A stretch of DNA of 56,522 nt, taken from Oligoflexia bacterium. Lineage in GTDB: Bacteria > Bdellovibrionota > Bdellovibrionia > JABDDW01. The translations under genes were made by a program, and so were the position numbers. The stretch is taken from the NCBI GenBank assembly GCA_043732305.1, contig JAYTHU010000207.1, forward strand, positions 1 through 56,522. Direction: 5' to 3'. The notes under the pieces are model-generated. The model had not been told where the DNA came from, made no database searches, and was given only the letters and a program-made list of their open reading frames with translations. Numbering within the stretch: the stretch's first letter is position 1; each line of letters begins with the position of its first letter. Of the stretch, positions 47,689 to 56,522 are shown in pieces.

Positions 47689-49926
47689 TCAGTTTAGCTC
47701 GAAACGATCGAGCATCATAACCTTGTTCCATGCATTCACAAAGTCATGCACAAATTTTTCTTTTCCATCTGCAGAAGCATAAACTTCCGCGACTGCACGC
47801 AATTCAGACTGGGATCCAAAAATAAGATCAACTGGAGTTCCAGTCCATTTTACTTCGCCTGATTTACGATTAAGTCCTTCATAAATGCTTTCTGTCTTCG
47901 CGGACTTTTGCCATTTCGTGGACATGTCGAGAAGATTAACGAAGTAGTCGTTGCTTAACGTTCCAGGCTTGGAAGTAAATACTCCCGCCTTAGATTCCAC
48001 GCTGTTGGCATTCAACACGCGCATTCCGCCCATGAGAACGGTCATTTCAGGAACAGTCAGCGACAACATGTCCGCTCGCTCAACTAACATTTCAGTTGGC
48101 GAAAGATAATTTCCGGCACCGTAATAATTGCGGAAGGCATCTGCTTTTGGTTCAAGAAAAGCAAAAGTTGCAACATCAGTTTGCTCTTGTGAAGCATCGG
48201 TTCGTCCGGGAGTGAAGGGTACCTTCACGCTGTAACCAGCAGCTTTTGCGGCTTGTTCAACGGCAGCCACTCCACCTAAGACAATGAGATCGGCCATGGA
48301 AACGTTCTTTTTAATGATTCCGCTCTTGTTGAAACCTTTTTGGATTTCTTCTAGTCGAGCCAAAACTTTAGCTAGTTCGGGAGGATTGTTCACAGCCCAA
48401 TCTTTTTGAGGCGCTAAACGTAATCGTCCCCCGTTTGCTCCGCCGCGCATATCCGTCGAGCGGAAAGTTGCAGCTGAAGCCCAAGCAGTTCGAATAAGTT
48501 CTTGTGATGTCAATCCTGATTCAAGAATTTTCTTCTTTAAACTTCCAATATCCCCTGCTCCAATAATTTTTTTACCAGCAGCGGGGACGGGATCTTGCCA
48601 AATAAGAATTTCTTTAGGAACTTCACTTCCCAAATAACGTGAACGAGGCCCCATGTCTCGATGCGTGAGTTTGAACCATGCTTTTGAAAAAGCTAATTCG
48701 AATTTAGCGGGATCTTGTAAAAAGCCTTTAGCAATTTTTTGATAACTGGGATCAAATTTAATAGCAAGGTCAGTTGTGAACATGATCGGCGCGTGTCTCA
48801 GGTCTTTATCATGAGCGTCAGGAACCATGTTTGCAGCTTGACCATCTTTAGGAATCCACTGGATCGCTCCGGCGGGACTCTTCGTTTTCACCCAATCAAA
48901 ACCAAAAAGATTGCTCAAATATTGAGAAGTCCAGTGAGTGGGACTGCCAGACCAAGCGCCTTCAAGGCCACTGCTGATTGTGTCTTTGCCTTTTCCAGTA
49001 CCGCATTTATTTTTCCAGCCAAAACCTTGCTCTTCAAGCCCGGCCGAAGCAGGTGCGGGGCCCAAACATTTTGCGGCATCGGCACTGCCATGAGCTTTAC
49101 CAAAAGTGTGACCTCCGGCGATAAGCGCGACAGTTTCTTCGTCATTCATAGCCATTCGACCAAAAGTTTCTCTAATGTCTGCAGCAGACAACAATGGATC
49201 AGGAACTCCGTTTGGCCCTTCAGGATTCACGTAAATGAGCCCCATTTGGACGGCAGCCAAAGGTTTCAGCAAATTTCTGTCGCCGCGATACCGTTCATCA
49301 GCAAGAAATTTCTTTTCAGGTCCCCAATCAGTGAGATCGACTTCCCAATCGTCAATGCGACCACCACCATAACCAAAGATTTTAAATCCCATTGATTCAA
49401 GTGCGACGTTCCCAGTGAGAACCATTAAATCGCCCCACGAAAGTTTGCTTCCGTACTTTTGTTTGATCGGCCAAAGCAGTCTTCGAGCTTTATCTAAGTT
49501 CGCGTTGTCCGGCCAACTGTTCAAAGGTTCAAACCTTTGTTGTGCTCCACCCGCTCCGCCACGTCCATCGGCCATACGGTAAGTTCCCGCTCCGTGCCAG
49601 GCCATGCGAATAAAAAATGGACCGTAGCTACCGTAATCAGCTGGCCACCAATCTTGAGAGCTGGTCATGAGTGCTGCGATGTCTTTCTTTACGGCTTTCA
49701 AATCGAGCTTTTTAAATTCGGCGGCGTATTTATATTTCTGACCCATGGGATTTGATTCGGCAGCGTTTAAACGCAATGGCGCGAGATCTAATCGCTCAGG
49801 AAACCAAAATTGGTTAGTAGGACTTTTGTCTACAAAATCTTTTATGGGTGCATTTTCTTTTGCATATCCCATTTGTGAAAAGCTCAGTGCCAGTAGCACG
49901 ACGCTTATAATATTCTTTCCCAACAT
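47689..49926 (-). CDS. katG: Catalase-peroxidase with N-terminal signal peptide
   Basis: WWPADYG...[36 protein letters not shown]; signal peptide ending GYA. Confidence 0.97.
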   Translation of the reverse strand: MLGKNIISVVLLALSFSQMGYAKENAPIKDFVDKSPTNQFWFPERLDLAPLRLNAAESNPMGQKYKYAAEFKKLDLKAVKKDIAALMTSSQDWWPADYGSYGPFFIRMAWHGAGTYRMADGRGGAGGAQQRFEPLNSWPDNANLDKARRLLWPIKQKYGSKLSWGDLMVLTGNVALESMGFKIFGYGGGRIDDWEVDLTDWGPEKKFLADERYRGDRNLLKPLAAVQMGLIYVNPEGPNGVPDPLLSAADIRETFGRMAMNDEETVALIAGGHTFGKAHGSADAAKCLGPAPASAGLEEQGFGWKNKCGTGKGKDTISSGLEGAWSGSPTHWTSQYLSNLFGFDWVKTKSPAGAIQWIPKDGQAANMVPDAHDKDLRHAPIMFTTDLAIKFDPSYQKIAKGFLQDPAKFELAFSKAWFKLTHRDMGPRSRYLGSEVPKEILIWQDPVPAAGKKIIGAGDIGSLKKKILESGLTSQELIRTAWASAATFRSTDMRGGANGGRLRLAPQKDWAVNNPPELAKVLARLEEIQKGFNKSGIIKKNVSMADLIVLGGVAAVEQAAKAAGYSVKVPFTPGRTDASQEQTDVATFAFLEPKADAFRNYYGAGNYLSPTEMLVERADMLSLTVPEMTVLMGGMRVLNANSVESKAGVFTSKPGTLSNDYFVNLLDMSTKWQKSAKTESIYEGLNRKSGEVKWTGTPVDLIFGSQSELRAVAEVYASADGKEKFVHDFVNAWNKVMMLDRFELN

Positions 49927-49998
49927 ATTGTCTCCTTCTGAAATCTAGTTGATGATTACTTTCTACCTCACAGTAGTATGATTTCACTCAAAACAACA

Positions 49999-50034
49999 AT
50001 CGAACGTATTGATCGAGTTATAGTTTAAAACGAT
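49999..50034. promoter_or_regulatory. OxyR-type operator upstream of katG
   Basis: ATCG-N7-TGAT-N6-ATAG-N7-CGAT, same spacing as the ahpC/oxyR site. Confidence 0.65.
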
Positions 50035-50070
50035 GATCTTGACGCAAGGGACCTTTTGAGTGAGGCCGCG

Positions 50071-51582
50071 TTATTCTTGAGCGCGCTTCACTGCGCTCTG
50101 CCACTGTTTCAACCGCAAAGTTCTAGCTTTGCTTGAGATCGCAGGCTTGAATTCTCGATCTTTCTGCCAAATATTTTTTATCTCGGCCAAATTCTTCCAA
50201 AATCCCACACCAAGACCTGCCATGAAGGCTGCGCCAGCGGAAGTGGTTTCAATCACATGAGGGCGGATGCAAGTGACACCTAAATAGTCGGCTTGTATTT
50301 GCATAAGAAGTCCATTGGCAGAAGCTCCGCCGTCGACTTTGACATTTTTTAATTTTTTCTTGAGATCTTTTTGCATCGCTAAAAGCAAATCTACATTCTG
50401 CAAAGCCATTCCTTCAAGCGTTGCGCGTGCGACATGACCACGCTCTGTTCCACGAGTGAGTCCGCTCAAAATTCCACGAGCGTTTGGATCCCAATAGGGC
50501 GCGCCCAGCCCAGTGAGTGCAGGGACAAATTGAACGCCACCGCTGTCACTCACCGAATATGCAAGAGCTTCAATCTCAGCACTTTTTGAAATCATTTTAA
50601 GGCCATCACGCAGCCACTGAACCGCCGCTCCGCAAATAAATGCCGAACCTTCAACGGCGTAAGTGACTTTGTCACCCCACTGCCAAGCGACAGTTGTTAG
50701 ACATCCCGCTCGACTGCGTACAATTTTTGATCCTGTATTGAGAAGTAAGAAACTTCCGGTTCCGTAAGTGCATTTGGCTTCGCCAACTTCGAAACACGCC
50801 TGGCCAAAAAGTGCCGCTTGTTGATCTCCAGCAATTCCACTGATAGGAATTTGCTTTCCCCATCCCGCTCGTTTAGTTACTCCAAACAGTCCAATGCTTG
50901 GTTTTATATCCGGGAGTATTTTTAAGGGCACCCGCAGAATTTTGCAAAGGTCCTTGTCCCATTTCAAAGTTTTCAAATCCATCAGTAAAGTTCTCGAAGC
51001 GTTGCTCACATCGGTAGCATGAACCTCGCCCTCGGTGAGACGCCACAAAACGTAACTGTCCATGGTTCCAAAAATCACTTCGCCACTACTAGCTCGCGCG
51101 CGAAGTCCATCCACGTTATCGAGCAGCCAAGAAATCTTTGTTCCAGAAAAATAAGGATCTAAAACCAATCCCGTTTTATTTTTGAATATTTTTTCTCGAC
51201 CAGCACGTTTGAGTTTTTCACAAATGCTTACCGTGCGCCTATCCTGCCACACGATCGCATTGTGAACTGCTTTGCCCGTCGATTTATCCCAAATGACAGT
51301 GGTCTCCCGTTGATTGGTGATTCCAATTGCCGCAACCGAATCCATAGTGATGCGCGCTTGATTGAGAGCTTCTATCTTTGCCTCTTCAATTGAGGCCCAA
51401 ATGTCCTCAGGATTATGCTCCACCCAACCGGGCTTCGGAAAAATCTGCCGGAATTCTCGATTGGCCTTGGCCACCACGGCGCCCCGGTTATTCAAGATGA
51501 GCACCGTCGAGCCAGTGGTTCCTTGGTCTATTGCGAGAATGTGATCTGGTGCAAGAATTTGATCTGACGTTTGATTTGTCAT
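50071..51582 (-). CDS. glpK: Glycerol kinase
   Basis: AIDQGTTGS, GITNQRETT, DPYFSGTK, TDVSNASRT, GDQQAALFGQ. Confidence 0.97.
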   Translation of the reverse strand: MTNQTSDQILAPDHILAIDQGTTGSTVLILNNRGAVVAKANREFRQIFPKPGWVEHNPEDIWASIEEAKIEALNQARITMDSVAAIGITNQRETTVIWDKSTGKAVHNAIVWQDRRTVSICEKLKRAGREKIFKNKTGLVLDPYFSGTKISWLLDNVDGLRARASSGEVIFGTMDSYVLWRLTEGEVHATDVSNASRTLLMDLKTLKWDKDLCKILRVPLKILPDIKPSIGLFGVTKRAGWGKQIPISGIAGDQQAALFGQACFEVGEAKCTYGTGSFLLLNTGSKIVRSRAGCLTTVAWQWGDKVTYAVEGSAFICGAAVQWLRDGLKMISKSAEIEALAYSVSDSGGVQFVPALTGLGAPYWDPNARGILSGLTRGTERGHVARATLEGMALQNVDLLLAMQKDLKKKLKNVKVDGGASANGLLMQIQADYLGVTCIRPHVIETTSAGAAFMAGLGVGFWKNLAEIKNIWQKDREFKPAISSKARTLRLKQWQSAVKRAQE

Positions 51583-51651
51583 ATTCCCTCTATAAAAGTT
51601 GATTACGGCTTAAACCTATCATAATTTCGGGAGCCTGCAACCGGAGTCCCA

Positions 51652-52419
51652 ATGAAACGATTTTTCGAGAAAAAAACCAAAGTCTTTGATCTCAAAGAGA
51701 TGGATCGCGATCAACTCATTGGCAGTGTCATGCCTAGATTTATCTTGGAAATCATTCGTAAATATTTTCGGATGGAAATCGAAGGCACGGAGTATATCCC
51801 TAAGAAAAGCCGAGCGCTGATTGTTCCGAATCACTCTGGCTATGCGGGTTTTGATGCGTTTATGCTTGGGAATGAAATTCGGAACGCCGTGAAAAGAATC
51901 CCGCGCATTTTGGCCCACCATCTTTGGTTTATCAATAAAACTACCTCAATCCCACTTAACAAAATGGGATTGACCGAAGCCACGATGAACAACGGTCTGC
52001 AGCTTTTAAAGAAAAACAATATTGTGATTTTATTTCCTGAAGGCGAGTATGGAAATTTCAAACCCACGAAATTAAAATACAAGCTTCAAGAATTCAAGCG
52101 CGGTTTTGTTCGCATGGCCATCCTCACAAAATCTCCAATCATTCCTTGTCTGATTATTGGTGCCGAAGAAACACACATCACACTTAGCCAACTGAAATTT
52201 ACTAAATATTTAATAGGCACCGTGTTGCCTTTACCACTCAACGTGATTCCACTTCCCGCCAAATGGAAAATTGTTTTTCTCGAACCCATTCACTTGGACT
52301 ATCCCGAAAAAGCTATCGAGGATCGTGAACTCATGAACAAAATTGCCAGCCAAGTGCGAGACACAATGCAATTTCGCCTCAATCTCGAAATCCAAAAACG
52401 CACTTACAAGTACTTCTGA
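51652..52419 (+). CDS. Lysophospholipid/glycerol acyltransferase (PlsC-like)
   Basis: PNHSGYAGFD (HX4D-like), LFPEG, FKRGFVRMA. Confidence 0.9.
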   Translation: MKRFFEKKTKVFDLKEMDRDQLIGSVMPRFILEIIRKYFRMEIEGTEYIPKKSRALIVPNHSGYAGFDAFMLGNEIRNAVKRIPRILAHHLWFINKTTSIPLNKMGLTEATMNNGLQLLKKNNIVILFPEGEYGNFKPTKLKYKLQEFKRGFVRMAILTKSPIIPCLIIGAEETHITLSQLKFTKYLIGTVLPLPLNVIPLPAKWKIVFLEPIHLDYPEKAIEDRELMNKIASQVRDTMQFRLNLEIQKRTYKYF

Positions 52420-52493
52420 GGTACGCCGTACCACATCCGCGAAGGTAGTTGCTTTTAAATCAATCTCAACTCCGGATATGGTACGGCGTACCT
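52419..52493. mobile_element. 75-bp REPIN/MITE-like non-autonomous element of the RAYT family
   Basis: Inverted 21-nt arms AGGTACGCCGTACCACATCCG / CGGATATGGTACGGCGTACCT (1 mismatch) around a 33-nt spacer; same core as the RAYT-flanking repeats. Confidence 0.88.
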
Positions 52494-52701
52494 ATTTGCA
52501 CTGGCCAGTGGGTTTGGTTGTGGATACTTTGCCTGGTAAATCTTGCCCGATCGTTTGAATAAGGCAGGTCCATGCGAGCCTAAAACCTTGAGGGTTGTCG
52601 GGAGAGCCGAAAAGGCTATTTAAAATTACAACGCCGATCGTCACGCCCATGCCTAACAAAATGACGTATTCTAATATCACTTGTCCTGCCTGATTTCTCA
52701 A
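52492..52701 (-). CDS. Small Flp/TadE-like prepilin (class III signal peptide)
   Basis: RNQAG|QVILEYVILLGMGVTIGVVIL matches G|Qxx(I/L)EY plus a hydrophobic helix; start uncertain (TTG 52701 assumed). Confidence 0.7.
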   Translation of the reverse strand: MRNQAGQVILEYVILLGMGVTIGVVILNSLFGSPDNPQGFRLAWTCLIQTIGQDLPGKVSTTKPTGQCK

Positions 52702-52717
52702 GCTAGTCTCTTTTTCT

Positions 52718-53416
52718 ATGAGTGACGAACGAAACAACGACAACAATTCCTTGCCATCCGATTTACGAGAACCCACCGATCTTGATGAAGTGAGATCCGC
52801 TTTGGATTCAAGATTGCCTGAGCGAATTTTTAGGATTCCGCTTTGGGGCAAAATATTTATCATGTCGCTCTTTGTATTTCTAGGCAGCATTGGTTACCTT
52901 CGCACCCTCCATACTAATGAGAATGCACAATTGGCGAAAGATATTCAAGCTCCGACCGAGTCTTCGGATGTTCCAGTTGCAGAAAAAAGAAAAGATGTTC
53001 CCAACATTGACCTGGTACCGCTAACAGGAGCCGTTCAAAAACTTGCGCAGTATAAGGGAAAAGTTGTTTTACTTTCGTTTTGGGCTAGCTGGTGTACACC
53101 GTGCTTGGTTGAACTCCCCACCTTTATCGATTTGCATGAGAAACTAGCCGTTAAAGGCCTCGTTATCATTGCTGTGAATGTGGACGATAAAGATGCGGCT
53201 TCAGAATTCGTTCCAAGCTTTTGGAAAACCAAGAAATTTCCATTTCAAACATTTTACGATGCCCCGAAACAGGCGGCCGATGCATTCAAGATCGACACTC
53301 TTCCAAGCAATTTTGTGATCGATAAAAAAGGCAAACTCGTGGCAACCGGTTACGGTGCAAATGACTGGGCAAGTGATGCTTCAGTCCATTTTATAGAGCA
53401 GCTCCTGTCCGAATGA
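52718..53416 (+). CDS. TlpA/ResA-family thiol-disulfide oxidoreductase
   Basis: TM anchor, KGKVVLLSFWASWCTPCLVELP, LPSNFVIDKKG; start could be as late as 52862. Confidence 0.92.
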   Translation: MSDERNNDNNSLPSDLREPTDLDEVRSALDSRLPERIFRIPLWGKIFIMSLFVFLGSIGYLRTLHTNENAQLAKDIQAPTESSDVPVAEKRKDVPNIDLVPLTGAVQKLAQYKGKVVLLSFWASWCTPCLVELPTFIDLHEKLAVKGLVIIAVNVDDKDAASEFVPSFWKTKKFPFQTFYDAPKQAADAFKIDTLPSNFVIDKKGKLVATGYGANDWASDASVHFIEQLLSE

Positions 53417-53834
53417 GATTACTCACTTCGGTGCTGATCTCTCGACGAAGATCTCTCTCGTCATAATTTTTCAAACCAAAAATAATATTTTCACCGAACT
53501 CGTCGGTCTTCCAGCTTTCTTGGCTCGCGCGTCCTGGTCGTTCTACGTTTTCGGAAGCGTTTGTGAATATCATGTCGAAATCTTTTTCCGATGGATAGAG
53601 CATCACAAATGTGTGCTGAGAAATACCGGAGAGTGATGTCAGCTGTAAACCTTGCTTGGCAAGTGATTCCTGGATTTCGAAATAAATATGGAGAGCTTCT
53701 GTTTCATGTTTGTCGGAAAAATAAATTCGCAAGGGCCCGTCGATAATAGCCGTATTGAAGGCGTCGATGAAAAATCTAGATTTAGTCAGTAACATCGGAA
53801 CTGGCCCAGTTCTGACGGATGTATCCTGTTGCAT
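53391..53834 (-). CDS. Hypothetical protein
   Basis: 147-aa ORF with a GGGGA RBS; FNTAIIDGPLRIYF segment. Confidence 0.7.
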   Translation of the reverse strand: MQQDTSVRTGPVPMLLTKSRFFIDAFNTAIIDGPLRIYFSDKHETEALHIYFEIQESLAKQGLQLTSLSGISQHTFVMLYPSEKDFDMIFTNASENVERPGRASQESWKTDEFGENIIFGLKNYDERDLRREISTEVSNLIRTGAAL

Positions 53835-53917
53835 TTTAAATTCCCCCTTGTTGTTTTTCCCCTGCCTTGAGCTTAGAAAGAATGATTAATAAAAAGCAAG
53901 GCGAAATTTCACTAAAT

Positions 53918-55201
53918 TTAAGATTCCTTTATAAATCTGCCATAAATACATACTTCCAGCCTGCCAGATGTCATCTTACCAAAATTGTAGAAAAATCCTG
54001 TCACACTTTGCGAAGGCAAAATCACAAAATCTGCATCGTGACCGGGAACCAAAGCGCCCTTGCTTTTCTCTAATCCCAAGGCATATGCGCCATTTAGCGT
54101 GAGTGCCACCAGAATTTCCTCGGGGCGCATCTTCAACTGGAGTGCTGCTAGCAAAGCGGTGAGCGAAACATCCTGAGCAGGTGAAGTCCCAGGATTAAAA
54201 TCCGTGGCGAGGGCAACACGTGCCCCGCCATCTAAAAGTGCCCTTGCAGGGGCGAAAGCCTCGCCCAAAAATAAAGCCGTGGTTGGTAAAAGCGTCGCAG
54301 TGACTTCACTGGCGGAAAGCGCAGCGATTTCATTTGATGTTATTTTCAGTAAGTGATCCGCGGAAAGTGCCTGAGATTGAACGGCTGTCTCCGCGCCGCC
54401 GGTGAGTGCAATTTCATCAGCATGGATTTTAATTCCCAATCCAAATTTAGCTGCTTCCGTCAGAAGTTCTTTTGCATTTTGCTTATTGAAGTAGCCTTGG
54501 TCTAAAAAAATATCCACAAAATCAATTTGCGTTTTTAGTTTCGGCAGCCATTTTAAAGCGATCTCTTGAATATAATCTGAATGTCGATCTTTAAATTCCG
54601 GAGGAAGTGCATGCGCAGCTAAGAAAGTGGCCTTAACCGTTAGCCCTGATTTCTTTTTGAGTTCTGAAATCACATCTAAAAGTTTTTTTTCTGATTTAAA
54701 ATCAAGACCATAACCGGTTTTAATTTCCATCGTGGTGATGCCTTGGCGCTTGGCATTTTCAACGCGAGCCATTGCTAGAGATAAAAGCTCTGAATACTTC
54801 GCCTTGCGCGTGGCTTTCATGGTGGTAAGAATTCCTCCACCTTCGGCCGCAATCTGCTGATAGGTCCAACCTTGAAGTCTGCGTTCGAAATCGAGAGAGC
54901 GATCACCCGCAAATACGAGGTGAGTGTGACTGTCCACAAACCCGGGGATAACCGTTCCACCGTGAGCGTCATGTCTACTGATTTTGCTGAGCGGAATTTT
55001 CATTTTTTTTAGTTGTCGAGACGCCTCAGACTTTTTACCCACCCAGAGTATTTTTCCACCAGGCTTAACTTCACAAAGGAGAACCGCATTCTCAATCACG
55101 GAAAGATCCTCCACCGTGATTCGTCTCCCACCTTTTTGGATGGCCCCCTCAAGAGTAATTAATTTTCCAATGTTTTCGACTAATAAAAAACCTGCGGCCA
55201 T
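53918..55201 (-). CDS. hutI: Imidazolonepropionase
   Basis: PGFVDSHTHLVF, EIKTGYGL, HADE, SADHL, ALATDFNPGTSP. Confidence 0.95.
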   Translation of the reverse strand: MAAGFLLVENIGKLITLEGAIQKGGRRITVEDLSVIENAVLLCEVKPGGKILWVGKKSEASRQLKKMKIPLSKISRHDAHGGTVIPGFVDSHTHLVFAGDRSLDFERRLQGWTYQQIAAEGGGILTTMKATRKAKYSELLSLAMARVENAKRQGITTMEIKTGYGLDFKSEKKLLDVISELKKKSGLTVKATFLAAHALPPEFKDRHSDYIQEIALKWLPKLKTQIDFVDIFLDQGYFNKQNAKELLTEAAKFGLGIKIHADEIALTGGAETAVQSQALSADHLLKITSNEIAALSASEVTATLLPTTALFLGEAFAPARALLDGGARVALATDFNPGTSPAQDVSLTALLAALQLKMRPEEILVALTLNGAYALGLEKSKGALVPGHDADFVILPSQSVTGFFYNFGKMTSGRLEVCIYGRFIKES

Positions 55202-56522
55202 TTATTTTTTTTCCATGTCACGACCAGGAATTTTTACAAAAAATTTATCTGCAATCTCAATAGCTTTTGTGTACCCAGCATCCACGTGCCGCAATATTCC
55301 TGTTCCGGGATCAGCCAAAAGCACACGTTCTAAACGCGCATCAGCTTCAGGAGTTCCATCGGCCACAATGACTTGCCCCGAATGAATGCTGTAACCCATT
55401 CCCACGCCACCGCCATGATGAAGACTCACCCAAGTGGCTCCGCAAGCCGTGTTTAAAAGCGCATTCAATATTGGCCAATCAGCAACAGCGTCGCTTCCAT
55501 CCAGCATTCCTTCAGTCTCACGATTTGGAGAAGCCACACTTCCACAATCCAAGTGATCCCGACCAATCACAATGGGTGCCTTCACTTTTCCTTCGCGCAC
55601 TAATTTATTAAAAAGTAAACCTGCCTGATGACGTTCACCGTAACCAAGCCAACAAATTCGAGCTGGCAATCCTTGAAATTGAATTCGCTCTTGAGCTTTG
55701 GTGATCCAATTTTTCAATTTCATATTATCTGGAAAAAGTTTGAGCAAAGCTTCATCGGTGATCTTGATGTCTTCGGGATCACCTGAAAGCGCAACCCATC
55801 TGAACGGACCCTGCCCTTCGCAAAAAAGTGGCCGAATGTATTCGGGAACAAATCCGGGAATATCAAAAGCATTTTTGCATCCGGCTTCTTTGGCCATGGC
55901 GCGAATATTATTTCCGTAATCAAAAGTCACCGCACCTTGGCGCTGCATTTCAAGCATACCTTCAACATGTTTTTTCATACTTAACATACTTAGTTCTACA
56001 TACTGCTTAGGATTTTTCGCGCGCAGCTTGCTCGCAGTTCCATTTGGTCCGGATGAATATCCTTCAGGAATATAACCAACGAGAGGATCGTGCGCACTTG
56101 TTTGATCTGTTAAAATATCTGGACGCACACCTTTTCTGATCATGTCGTGAATGACTTGCGCCATGTTTCCACAGAGCGCAATACTTTTGGCTTCACCGCT
56201 AGCGGTATATTTTTTAATTCGAGCGAGAGCGTCGTCTAGATTTAACGCCACTTCATCAACGTATCTTGATTTGATTCGTTTTTCGATTCGTTCGGGATCA
56301 ACTTCTACACCTAAGCAAGATGCGCCCGCAAAAACAGCGGCCAGAGGTTGCGCTCCTCCCATGCCACCAAGTCCAGCGGTGAGAACCCATTTTCCTTTGA
56401 GCGATCCGCCAAAATGTTTGCGTCCGCATTCAGCAAATGTTTCAAATGTCCCTTGAACAATTCCTTGCGAGCCAATGTAAATCCAAGACCCAGCGGTCAT
56501 TTGGCCGTACATCATAAGACCT
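55202..56522 (-). CDS. hutU: Urocanate hydratase, C-terminal part (5' end lies beyond the window)
   Basis: [55 protein letters not shown]. Confidence 0.98.
   Translation of the reverse strand, partial: GLMMYGQMTAGSWIYIGSQGIVQGTFETFAECGRKHFGGSLKGKWVLTAGLGGMGGAQPLAAVFAGASCLGVEVDPERIEKRIKSRYVDEVALNLDDALARIKKYTASGEAKSIALCGNMAQVIHDMIRKGVRPDILTDQTSAHDPLVGYIPEGYSSGPNGTASKLRAKNPKQYVELSMLSMKKHVEGMLEMQRQGAVTFDYGNNIRAMAKEAGCKNAFDIPGFVPEYIRPLFCEGQGPFRWVALSGDPEDIKITDEALLKLFPDNMKLKNWITKAQERIQFQGLPARICWLGYGERHQAGLLFNKLVREGKVKAPIVIGRDHLDCGSVASPNRETEGMLDGSDAVADWPILNALLNTACGATWVSLHHGGGVGMGYSIHSGQVIVADGTPEADARLERVLLADPGTGILRHVDAGYTKAIEIADKFFVKIPGRDMEKK

Noticed and set aside
48739..49395. 218-aa plus-strand ORF and the many other short antisense or alternative-frame ORFs in the track
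   Set aside because: Shadow ORFs inside well-supported genes (katG, carB, lepA, pilQ, etc.) with no motifs or RBS.

Overview
A 56.5-kb, moderately AT-rich, gene-dense bacterial chromosomal segment. Gene content and order suggest Bdellovibrionota or a related deltaproteobacterial lineage (inference). In order it holds: a type IVa pilus locus (partial pilQ, pilPONM, pilD, PilH/PilI-like ABC pair); pyrB-pyrC-carA-hyp-carB; lepA with two lepB genes; an accessory stretch of lipoproteins, LOG, cNMP-binding protein, patatin, methyltransferase and an S53 protease; a REP-associated HUH (Y1) tyrosine transposase; ahcY-metK; slt-oppABC; radA; marC; a TamA/TamB-like pair; ahpD-ahpC-oxyR-katG; glpK; an acyltransferase; a Flp/TadE-like pilin; TlpA; and hutI-hutU (partial). 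No rRNA, tRNA or CRISPR array was seen. The main signal is a RAYT-like element bounded by AGGTACGCCGTACC palindromes and a 75-bp non-autonomous copy 24 kb away. Every intact palindrome sits directly against a host stop codon, and the host gene ends just upstream show a strong synonymous C/A skew, suggesting a localized strand-specific mutational or selective footprint next to the REP.
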